Translations under genes and position numbers: made by a program
The notes under the pieces: model-generated
What the model was told of the DNA's origin: nothing
The model's database searches: none
Seen by the model: the letters and a program-made list of their open reading frames with translations, nothing else
Virus record (IMG/VR): IMGVR_UViG_2563366885_000004
Strand: one strand, 5' to 3'
DNA from: a virus
Lineage: Duplodnaviria; Heunggongvirae; Uroviricota; Caudoviricetes
Length of the DNA stretch: 15,471 nt
Shown: piece after piece, positions 8,651-15,471 of the stretch
Layout of the letters: the number at the start of each line of letters is the position of its first letter
Numbering within the stretch: position 1 is the first letter of the stretch

Positions 8651-9544
8651 ATGAGTGGTGATGTGAGAAATTATCGTATTGAGTTTCATCAGCTATCGTT
8701 TAAGGCCACAGATCAGCTGGCAAATCTCGGAGATGCTTTTCAATCTGTAATTGATAAACAGAGCCCTTCCTCTTCAAACCATGAGGGTTTTACTAGAGAA
8801 ATTTGGGGGTTGAAAAAACGCGCGGATGGTTCTTTTAGTGGAGAGTTGAGAAAATTTCGCAACTCGAACATTCCGGATAAAGGTGCACCAGGGAAACAGT
8901 CTACCCCTATTCCACTTGCCAAGGATGAAGGGATCATTGAGCGCAATTTCTTTGTATTCTATCCTCGAATCAATGTTATAGGTTGGCACTATAATCATAT
9001 GGCTTGTGGTATAAGCCGTTTTAGTGCATTTCTTTCAACTATCTTTGGTTCAAAGGTTAAGCCCGCACCTTTGCTGGAAAAAGATGCAATCGCTAGGCTT
9101 ATGAGAGGAGATGTCAAAATGAAAAAAATCCAGTTGACGATTCCTCGCCCCCGTAATCCTGAGTTTTACCCTGATACTGATTTCAGTCAAAAGACACTAC
9201 AACTGCTTGGTGATGCAGGTGCCGATACAATGCAAATTGTAATGGGGATTAATACTCGCCGTGGCGATAGTGATGGTAGGCTTAAGCAGAATATAAAATT
9301 TGCTATGCAAGAGTTAGTCGAGTTTGGGGCGAAAAAGGCTGTAATTGATGTGTTCGATGCTGATGGTGTTGTCCATCCTGTGGATTTGATTGCCGAGCGT
9401 ATTTCGTCCTATCAATCGGTAGTTACTGACGCTCGTTTCCCTCCAGCCGAAACCATGTACCGTCTAATCGATACTGCGTATGCTGAAAACCGGGAGAGTA
9501 TCAATGCATATATTGGAGAAGATGAACTCGGCCCTATTGCTTAG
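8651..9544 (+). CDS. Soluble 297-aa protein, candidate RexA-like component of a repressor-linked exclusion module
   Basis: AAGGA RBS upstream of ATG at 8651, same strand as and downstream of the repressor. Segment FFVFYPRINVIGW...ISRFSAFL...RLMRGDV resembles lambda RexA FLFVEGDTIGF...LTDFL...PLMRGTT, quoted from memory and unverified. Confidence 0.45.
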   Translation: MSGDVRNYRIEFHQLSFKATDQLANLGDAFQSVIDKQSPSSSNHEGFTREIWGLKKRADGSFSGELRKFRNSNIPDKGAPGKQSTPIPLAKDEGIIERNFFVFYPRINVIGWHYNHMACGISRFSAFLSTIFGSKVKPAPLLEKDAIARLMRGDVKMKKIQLTIPRPRNPEFYPDTDFSQKTLQLLGDAGADTMQIVMGINTRRGDSDGRLKQNIKFAMQELVEFGAKKAVIDVFDADGVVHPVDLIAERISSYQSVVTDARFPPAETMYRLIDTAYAENRESINAYIGEDELGPIA

Positions 9545-9941
9545 TTTATTGATTGGATGTGGGATTGGTTTTCTCTACTGGTTCAAGTTGCCCCATATGC
9601 CAGTAGCCGCAATCCCAAACTTCATGACTACATTGTCCAGTGTCTTTGCAACGTTGTTAGGTTTTATTATTACAGCAATTGCACTACTTGCATCATTGCT
9701 TGATAAACCGTTACTTAAAAACATGCAAAAAACCGGACATTACAAGCGTCTGATGACCGATGCATTCTACACTTGCTTAGTTTTGCTAGTGTTGGTGTTG
9801 ACATGTTTGATTGGGTTGATGCTGCAAAGTAAGCATCAAGAGATTGTAGCCGCTATTCTCATTGGGCTTGTTGTTATGTCTATGTTGTGTTTATTACAAA
9901 CAGGTAGGCGATTATTCAATATAATCAAAGTGATATCATAA
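9504..9941 (+). CDS. Four-TM membrane protein (about 145 aa), candidate RexB-like effector
   Basis: Four hydrophobic segments. Start at ATG 9504 (GGGAGAG RBS) overlaps the upstream gene's 3' end, indicating coupling. TTLSSVFATLLGFIITAIALL resembles lambda RexB ATLSSYAGTMIAILIAAL, from memory. Size is close to RexB (144 aa). Confidence 0.45.
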   Translation: MHILEKMNSALLLSLLIGCGIGFLYWFKLPHMPVAAIPNFMTTLSSVFATLLGFIITAIALLASLLDKPLLKNMQKTGHYKRLMTDAFYTCLVLLVLVLTCLIGLMLQSKHQEIVAAILIGLVVMSMLCLLQTGRRLFNIIKVIS

Positions 9942-9964
9942 CAATGCACCATCAGGTGCATTGT
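9941..9964. terminator. Perfect 10-bp stem / 4-nt loop hairpin between the convergent membrane-protein and dam genes
   Basis: ACAATGCACC-atca-GGTGCATTGT begins at the stop codon of the membrane-protein gene. No strong U-tract on the plus strand; moderately T-rich tail on the minus strand. Confidence 0.4.
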
Positions 9965-9993
9965 TATGCAAGACTACTTACCTCCTTCTGAGC

Positions 9994-10761
9994 CTACTCT
10001 AAATTACTTACAATAAGTTCGCGCCGTAGTGTTCCCTTTCCTGCAAGACTGTAGTTGACCTTCACACAGTGAATGTTCAGACCGTTAAAAACCTGCCGCA
10101 TTTCCGGGATATCGTTGACCGATATAATCATCTTTCCTCTGATGCACCGGGCCAGCTCTGCCAGCCGCGAGTAGTTCCCTTCAGGAAAATCCACACCATA
10201 GCCTTCCGTACCCAGGTACGGTGGGTCGCAGTAGAACAGCGTGTGCGGACGATCATAACGCTCAATGCACTGTTGCCAGTCCATGTGTTCTATGACTGTT
10301 CTGGAAAGCCGCAGGTGTGCCGCTGACAGTTCTTCTTCAATACGCAGCAGGTTGAAGCGTGGCGGGGATGTGGTGGAGGTACCGAAGCTGTGCTCTGCCA
10401 CCTTGCCGCCAAACGCCTGCTTCTGAAGGTAGTAAAACCGTGCCGCACGCTGGATATCCGTCAGTGTTTCTTCCGGGGTGATCTGCAGCCATTTGTAGAT
10501 CTGACGGCTGACCAGCGCCCATTTGAACTGGCGGACAAATTCTTCCAGGTGATGCTTTACCACCCGGTACAGATTCACCAGTTCACCGTTGATATCATTG
10601 ATGACTTCGATCTTGCCGGGTGTCTTAAGAAAATAGAGCGCTGCTGCCCCACAAAACGGCTCCACATAACATTCATGCGCCGGAAACAGCGGCAGAATGT
10701 GTTTTGCAAGGCGGCGTTTGCCACCAATCCACGGCACGATGGGTAATGTCTGCATTTTCAT
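9994..10761 (-). CDS. dam: DNA N6-adenine methyltransferase (Dam-like, DPPY motif)
   Basis: IVPWIGGKRRL N-terminus, FCGAAALYF (motif I-like) and FYCDPPYLGTEGY (DPPY catalytic motif). Track ORF extends to 10851, but the Dam-like N-terminus begins at the Met codons at 10761/10755. Confidence 0.85.
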   Translation of the reverse strand: MKMQTLPIVPWIGGKRRLAKHILPLFPAHECYVEPFCGAAALYFLKTPGKIEVINDINGELVNLYRVVKHHLEEFVRQFKWALVSRQIYKWLQITPEETLTDIQRAARFYYLQKQAFGGKVAEHSFGTSTTSPPRFNLLRIEEELSAAHLRLSRTVIEHMDWQQCIERYDRPHTLFYCDPPYLGTEGYGVDFPEGNYSRLAELARCIRGKMIISVNDIPEMRQVFNGLNIHCVKVNYSLAGKGTLRRELIVSNLE

Positions 10762-10865
10762 AATCTGTAAGCCTTTTACAATTATTAAAAAATATGGCAG
10801 TCTGGTCAGGTCTCGCGAGACTGACTGAACCTTGGTCGGCTCACAGCGCATTCCTGTGGGGCGAT

Positions 10866-10907
10866 GACCAGCCCGGCTTTCGGGTGCCGGGCTGGTCGTT
10901 CTTTCAT
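10866..10907 (+). terminator. GC-rich hairpin followed by a T-rich tract (terminator-like) in noncoding DNA
   Basis: GACCAGCCCGG-ctttcgggtg-CCGGGCTGGTC at 10866..10897, then GTTCTTTCAT. No plus-strand gene is evident upstream, so its function is uncertain. Confidence 0.3.
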
Positions 10908-10951
10908 GATGCGGCAGGGATGGCGGGATTTCTGTTAATGTGGTTTAGGGA

Positions 10952-11167
10952 TTATCCGGGGCGATTTTCTGACCTTATCCGGTCCAGGGCATAAGTAATA
11001 CCTTCTGCAAAAACAGAAGTATCAAACTGCTTTTGTATTCCCTGAAAATGAAAAGCGGCACGACAGACACTCAGTTCTCCGCGGTATAACCGGATAATAT
11101 CTTCCAGAACATTGTTCACTGCTTCAGCACGGCGCTGATGTTCTGTTAACGTTAATCGGGGATTCAT
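10952..11167 (-). CDS. Hypothetical 71-aa protein
   Basis: Strong AAGGAG RBS with 6-nt spacer upstream of the ATG (complement of 11165..11167). No family recognised. Confidence 0.5.
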   Translation of the reverse strand: MNPRLTLTEHQRRAEAVNNVLEDIIRLYRGELSVCRAAFHFQGIQKQFDTSVFAEGITYALDRIRSENRPG

Positions 11168-11570
11168 GATGCACTCCTTAAATGATGATTTTTATGTACT
11201 CACCGGCAAAATATTCTGCCGATTACTGAACACGCATCCGGCACCTCAGGTTTTGATTTATTCTGGTTTTTTCGATATCCCGGACCAGGTTGATCACGAC
11301 CAGAAAAAGTGCCGGTGTTTTATTGATACGCTGATATGGCTTCGGGATAACAGCTATATTCGTTACTCTCAGTTGCTGGCTGTGGGAGCGGCTGATGTCG
11401 TCCTCACGGAAAAAACGCTCTGTCTGCTCAATGCCATGCCGACCTTTCTGCAGCCCCGGCCCGTACCATTTAAAGAGTCACTTCTGGATGCAGTAAAAAC
11501 CGGTGAAAATGCAGTCATCGCTGAATGCGTATCCCGGATTATGCGTTACGTGTTTAATGAACGTAAGTGA
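11166..11570 (+). CDS. Hypothetical 134-aa protein (possible degenerate receiver-like fold; speculative)
   Basis: Codon usage looks host-like (CTG, CCG, GGC third positions). Weak GGGGA RBS. Its start codon overlaps the start codon of the divergent 71-aa gene. It fills an otherwise 378-bp noncoding gap. Confidence 0.4.
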   Translation: MMHSLNDDFYVLTGKIFCRLLNTHPAPQVLIYSGFFDIPDQVDHDQKKCRCFIDTLIWLRDNSYIRYSQLLAVGAADVVLTEKTLCLLNAMPTFLQPRPVPFKESLLDAVKTGENAVIAECVSRIMRYVFNERK

Positions 11571-12274
11571 GGTTTATCCGCTGTCTGCATAATCCCGATA
11601 GCCAGTGCGAGGGGAAGTAATTCCGGGGAAACTCTTTCAAACAGCGATGCCCATTCTCCTCTCGCCATCACTCTGTCCAGCCCGCCCCCCAACTGCATTT
11701 CAGCAATCTTCCTGATTTCCCGGAACAACGCCGCTTTGATCTCTTCATGCTCAGCTTTATTTTCCGGTGTCAGAAGGTATTCGTCGAAGAACCGGGGAGG
11801 CTGGTTAATCGGGATGTGTTCCTGTTTGCCGTACTTCGGGGACGAACAACATTCTGTTGACTGACCAGTGAGTTTACGTAACTCCTTCATGAGCAGCTCC
11901 TGATCGTAAACTGTCATCAGTGCCGCAATGGTGGCATGCAGTGCATCGGGCAGTATCCAGGGTTGCCGGCCCGTGGGGCATATAACATCCAGCAGCTCAT
12001 TCGTCCGACAGATACGCTCCTCGCCGTATGACAACAGGCCCTGTCCCGTGTATTCCTCCAGCCTGATCACTGTGCCAGCCCGTGGTTTCTGCCATGTGCT
12101 CAGATCATCCCCACTCATACGGCGCTCACCGTCCACGTCTGCGGCGTCGACAATGACGCTGTTTCCGAATTCCTGTTTCACCACTTCCTCTATCCGCGCC
12201 AATATGTAACTTTTACCGCTGCCCACAGGACCGGACACGGTGACAGTGATGACCGGATTCAGTGTCTGCGTCAT
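11546..12274 (-). CDS. P-loop NTPase (Walker A GPVGSGKS) with an uncharacterised C-terminal domain, 242 aa
   Basis: AGAGGAG RBS 8 nt upstream of ATG at 12274. Walker A sits at residues 15-22 within a compact N-terminal domain. The C-terminal roughly 150 aa match no family I recognise. Confidence 0.65.
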   Translation of the reverse strand: MTQTLNPVITVTVSGPVGSGKSYILARIEEVVKQEFGNSVIVDAADVDGERRMSGDDLSTWQKPRAGTVIRLEEYTGQGLLSYGEERICRTNELLDVICPTGRQPWILPDALHATIAALMTVYDQELLMKELRKLTGQSTECCSSPKYGKQEHIPINQPPRFFDEYLLTPENKAEHEEIKAALFREIRKIAEMQLGGGLDRVMARGEWASLFERVSPELLPLALAIGIMQTADKPHLRSLNT

Positions 12275-12404
12275 ATCGTATTCTCCTCTGTGAATAATTC
12301 ATCGTTTATCCTGCACATCCCGTATCCCCGGCTCTCTTAACGCGCTTTAAAATCCTTCGCGCCCTGTATTTGTGATGCTGTCTCCACCAGATAAGGAGAC
12401 ACAC

Positions 12405-12755
12405 ATGAAAAACCTGAAAAAATTCATTCCCCCTGTTAAAAAACCTCGCCTCAGCGGCTGGCTGCTGACCTCAGTGCTGTTGCTGGGCACCATCGCTCTG
12501 GTCTCACCACAGCAGCTGCCTGTTGTGATCTACAAGCTGGCACTCATCACGCTGGCAGCAGTGCTGGGTTACTGGCTTGACCGTTCGCTCTTCCCCAAAG
12601 CCCGTCCTGGTCAGTACCTGAAACATGACGACAGGCTGATGGCTGAAGGGCGTTTCCCGGTACAGACCGGCCTTCACCTGGTGTTTTCTGCTGCGTTAAT
12701 TCGCCGTGCACTGATTGTTGCAGCGGTCTGCCTGGCTGTTGCGATGGGGCTTTAA
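12405..12755 (+). CDS. Putative holin or lysis-associated membrane protein (116 aa, about 3 TM)
   Basis: AAGGAG RBS upstream of ATG at 12405. Three hydrophobic segments. Lies immediately upstream of, and coupled to, the endolysin gene (stop 12753..12755, next ATG at 12758). Confidence 0.5.
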   Translation: MKNLKKFIPPVKKPRLSGWLLTSVLLLGTIALVSPQQLPVVIYKLALITLAAVLGYWLDRSLFPKARPGQYLKHDDRLMAEGRFPVQTGLHLVFSAALIRRALIVAAVCLAVAMGL

Positions 12756-12757
12756 TC

Positions 12758-13498
12758 ATGAACTGGCCGCAGATCACCTGGATTGTATGCATGTCCCTGA
12801 AACTGGCTTTCGAAGCCTTTCGGGTCTTCATCAGAACCGAACGCCCGTCAGTCCGCGCCGGGACCTTTCTGGTTCATATGGCATGGGTATTCTTTGTCGC
12901 AATGTTGCTCTGGTGTGGCGGCTTTTTCAGCCAGGCATGCGCAGCACAACCTCCGCAGGCTGCGCTGCAGTATCGCGATGATGTGATCCGTAATGCCCGG
13001 CTTGAATGGGGACTGTCTGCGCCGGTGGCCGATTTCGCCGCGCAACTGCATCAGGAAAGCGGCTGGCGACCTGATGCGATCTCGCCGGCTGGCGCTCAGG
13101 GACTGGCGCAGTTCATGCCTGCCACTGCCGACTGGATAAGCCAGTTGATACCGATGCTGAGCAGTCGTGAGCCGTTTAATCCGGCATGGGCTATCCGGGC
13201 GCTGGTCAGCTATGACCGCTGGCTGTGGCAGCGTGTCAGCGCCGCCAGTGACTGCGAGCGTATGGCCATGACACTGTCGGGCTATAACGGTGGTCTGGGC
13301 TGGGTACAACGGGACAGGCGGCTTGCATCACAGAAAGGTCTGGACAGCACCCGCTGGTTCGGACATGTCGCCACGGTGAATGCCGGACGCAATGCGGCCA
13401 GCTGGCGGGAGAACCGCCATTATCCGCAGCGCATCCTGCGCGAACTGGCACCGCGATATCTCACATGGGGAGGCAGCAGTTGTGTGGCATCTGGTTAA
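12758..13498 (+). CDS. Endolysin, lytic transglycosylase (SLT domain)
   Basis: Motif QESGWRPDAISPAGAQGLAQFMPATA fits the SLT catalytic Glu-Ser region. A hydrophobic segment MAWVFFVAMLLWCGGFF precedes the domain (alternative start at 12878). Confidence 0.8.
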   Translation: MNWPQITWIVCMSLKLAFEAFRVFIRTERPSVRAGTFLVHMAWVFFVAMLLWCGGFFSQACAAQPPQAALQYRDDVIRNARLEWGLSAPVADFAAQLHQESGWRPDAISPAGAQGLAQFMPATADWISQLIPMLSSREPFNPAWAIRALVSYDRWLWQRVSAASDCERMAMTLSGYNGGLGWVQRDRRLASQKGLDSTRWFGHVATVNAGRNAASWRENRHYPQRILRELAPRYLTWGGSSCVASG

Positions 13499-14132
13499 AA
13501 AGCTGCCGTGGCGCGGCATTCTGCTGGCCATTCTTATCAATGCCTTTCTGGTCGGCCTGTATGCCATGGGATACAGAAGTGGTCATGACTCTGCAAAGCG
13601 TGACGGTGATACCGCGCTCAGTCAGTTGCAGTCAGCATTTGACGCGTACAAAACGGAGCAGGCAACGCTTGAGAATGCTGCGCTGCGGGCCTGGGCCAGA
13701 CGGTATCAGGAGCAGGTGGCCGCCGGGCAGCGGGCTGAAGCCGGTTATCTTGAGCAGATTGCTCAACTGGAGAGCCGGAATAAACAACTACAGGGGCAAA
13801 TTAACGATGTCACACAGCGCTGGATTGATGAAAAAGGTAAGAGCCATCCCATTGAGTGCGTGTTTACTCGCGGTTTCGTGCGCCAGTACAACGCCGCACT
13901 CGGATATGACAACGCATCCGTCGACACCGGTCATTCAGACTCAGTTGCCGCCGCTGGCACCCGCTCTGGCACAGCGACCGGGCAACCTGAAACCACTGAC
14001 ACCCGGTTACGCGATTCGGGTGTCTCCCAGCGTGACGTTCTCGCCAACATCATCGACAACGCAGGACAATGTCGTCGCTGGCGGAACCAGATAAACGCGT
14101 TACTGGATGAACGGGAAGGATTACAGAAATGA
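13482..14132 (+). CDS. Rz-like i-spanin (type II membrane protein with coiled-coil periplasmic domain)
   Basis: GTG start at 13482 with a GGGGAGG RBS, overlapping the endolysin stop. N-terminal TM segment LPWRGILLAILINAFLVGLYAM, followed by a Gln/Ala/Glu-rich helical region. Confidence 0.6.
   Translation: MWHLVKKLPWRGILLAILINAFLVGLYAMGYRSGHDSAKRDGDTALSQLQSAFDAYKTEQATLENAALRAWARRYQEQVAAGQRAEAGYLEQIAQLESRNKQLQGQINDVTQRWIDEKGKSHPIECVFTRGFVRQYNAALGYDNASVDTGHSDSVAAAGTRSGTATGQPETTDTRLRDSGVSQRDVLANIIDNAGQCRRWRNQINALLDEREGLQK
13828..14094 (+). CDS. Rz1-like o-spanin lipoprotein embedded in the +1 frame of Rz
   Basis: MKKVRAIPLSACLLAVSC signal-like N-terminus with Cys, followed by a Pro-rich mature region (TPVIQTQLPPLAPALAQRPGNLKPLTPG). 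Lies wholly inside the Rz gene. Alternative ATG at 13807. Confidence 0.45.
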   Translation: MKKVRAIPLSACLLAVSCASTTPHSDMTTHPSTPVIQTQLPPLAPALAQRPGNLKPLTPGYAIRVSPSVTFSPTSSTTQDNVVAGGTR

Positions 14133-14455
14133 CACTGCAGGTTGAATTCTGGACGGTGGTGAGTTTTCTGCTCACCTTCATGGGGTTTGTGGGAGGGCTC
14201 GCCAAATGGTTGTTCAGTAAAACAGAAGAACGCCAGGCGGCACGATTCGCCTCCCTTGAACAGGCCCTGCAACAATCCGCCTCCAACTGGGGCGAGCTGG
14301 AAAAAGAATTTATGCGATTTAAAGCGGATTTACCGCTGAATTATGTCCGTCGAGAGGATTATATCCGTGGCCAGACAGTCATTGAGGCCAAACTGGACGC
14401 GCTTTATAACAAACTGGAAGTGGTACAGCAGTACCGCAATACCGGAGGTCAATAA
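14129..14455 (+). CDS. Late-operon membrane protein (N-terminal TM plus coiled coil; Mu gp25-position)
   Basis: ATGA overlap with the Rz stop. GGAAGGA RBS. TM segment VVSFLLTFMGFVGGLAKWLF. Confidence 0.5.
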   Translation: MTLQVEFWTVVSFLLTFMGFVGGLAKWLFSKTEERQAARFASLEQALQQSASNWGELEKEFMRFKADLPLNYVRREDYIRGQTVIEAKLDALYNKLEVVQQYRNTGGQ

Positions 14456-14766
14456 TGGTCGATATTACCCGGGTACGCCGCGAATCCCTGCGCTGGAGTC
14501 TGCTGGTTGCCCTGAACAAGACCCGCCCTTACACCGCCAGCGAGACGCTGCTGCTGGATGTGTCCCGTGCCATCTACCCGGACACCACACCGCTGGAACT
14601 GCGACGCGAACTGGATTATCTGGCTGACCGTAAAATGGTTGATCTGGAGAAAAAACCTTCTGGCGACTGGTTTGCTGACCTGACCCGCCTCGGCGTAGAC
14701 CTGGTGGAATACACCGTGGAATGTGGTCCGGGTATTGCCCGCCCGGAAAAGTACTGGAGTGAATAA
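14455..14766 (+). CDS. Late-operon protein (Mu gp26-position), 103 aa
   Basis: GGAGG RBS. TAATG overlap with the upstream stop. No family recognised. Confidence 0.5.
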   Translation: MVDITRVRRESLRWSLLVALNKTRPYTASETLLLDVSRAIYPDTTPLELRRELDYLADRKMVDLEKKPSGDWFADLTRLGVDLVEYTVECGPGIARPEKYWSE

Positions 14767-15195
14767 TGGCCAGACGCAGCACAATAGAAAAGCTGCCGGA
14801 AGATGTGCGCCGCTGGCTTGAACGGGCGCTGACTGAATCCGGCTTCAGCGGGTATAACGAGCTGGAGTCCCTGCTGCGTGAGCGGGGGTACGTCATCAGC
14901 AAATCCGCTATCCATCGCTATGGACAGAAGATTGAGCGCCGCTATGGTGCTATCCGTGCGGCAACAGAAGCGGCCCGCATGCTGACCGAAGGCGCAGCAG
15001 ACGATCAGGATGCGCGTTCGGAGGCTGTGATAGCCCTTATTCAGACCGAGCTGTTCGAGAGTATTGTCCAGTTGCAGGAGGCGGAAGAAGGCGAAGTCGA
15101 TCCTAAAGAACGCGTGGCCCTGCTGTCGAAGGTGGCGAAGAATGTGGCTACGCTGTCCCGCGCGTCCGTCAACCTCAAAAAGTTCCAGTCTGAAG

Positions 15196-15471
<276 letters not shown>

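Larger units (their letters stand above)
1..15195. mobile_element. Interior of a Mu-like transposable prophage with divergent early (leftward) and late (rightward) arms; neither end lies in the window
   Basis: Co-linear set of Mu-family homologs (Ner, DDE transposase, B-like ATPase, Gam, GemA, Mor, SLT endolysin, Rz/Rz1, gp25-27-like) in tight translationally coupled operons. Right boundary is only the IS junction, not a prophage end. Confidence 0.7.

Noticed and set aside
8740-8998. Minus-strand ORFs (68 and 74 aa) inside the 297-aa gene
   Set aside because: Antisense to a gene with a good RBS and operon context. AT-rich DNA readily yields short spurious ORFs.
8529-9000. Possible Mu-type prophage left end just beyond the repressor gene, as in canonical Mu
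   Set aside because: Coding continues on the same strand straight after the repressor, and I see no Mu-like terminal TG...CA repeats or transposase binding-site clusters. Rightward late genes follow, so a single divergent prophage fits better.
10794-10994. 66-aa plus-strand ORF in the dam upstream region
   Set aside because: No RBS. It overlaps the palindrome and hairpin structures and the 3' end of the 71-aa gene, so the region is more likely regulatory/noncoding.
11166-11570. The 134-aa ORF as the missing late activator (Mu C homolog)
   Set aside because: It lacks the Mor/C-family C-terminal HTH that is clearly present in the mor-like protein at 1..390. Kept only as a hypothetical CDS.
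12848-13567. Minus-strand ORFs (153, 71 and 79 aa) across the endolysin/Rz region
   Set aside because: Antisense to the lysis cassette, which has clear SLT motifs and coupled gene starts.

Overview
Almost the whole window (about 1..15195) is the interior of a Mu-like transposable prophage; no prophage end is visible. The layout is divergent, which I recall as BcepMu-like rather than Mu-like: a leftward early operon at 8023 down to 1, a central immunity/accessory region at 8024..12404, and a rightward late operon from 12405. The early operon reads ner-like, a small winged-HTH gene, a 303-aa coiled-coil gene, DDE transposase, B-like AAA+ ATPase, small early genes, gam, DUF2786-like, gemA-like and mor-like. 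The late operon reads holin-like, SLT endolysin, Rz with embedded Rz1, and three Mu gp25/gp26/gp27-like genes. The right edge (from about 15196) is the end of an IS21-family element (IstB C-terminus) that appears to truncate the gp27-like gene. The most interesting feature is a two-gene cassette immediately downstream of, and probably co-transcribed with, the CI-type repressor: a 297-aa soluble protein plus a 145-aa four-TM membrane protein, in visibly AT-rich DNA. Its order, sizes, topology and some local sequence motifs match lambda cI-rexA-rexB as I remember it, so I propose it as a RexAB-like exclusion module in a transposable prophage. Also notable are an in-frame TGA inside an otherwise intact gam, an orphan Dam methylase, and an uncharacterised P-loop NTPase cluster. 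All homology calls come from reading the translations and from memory of reference proteins; no searches were run.
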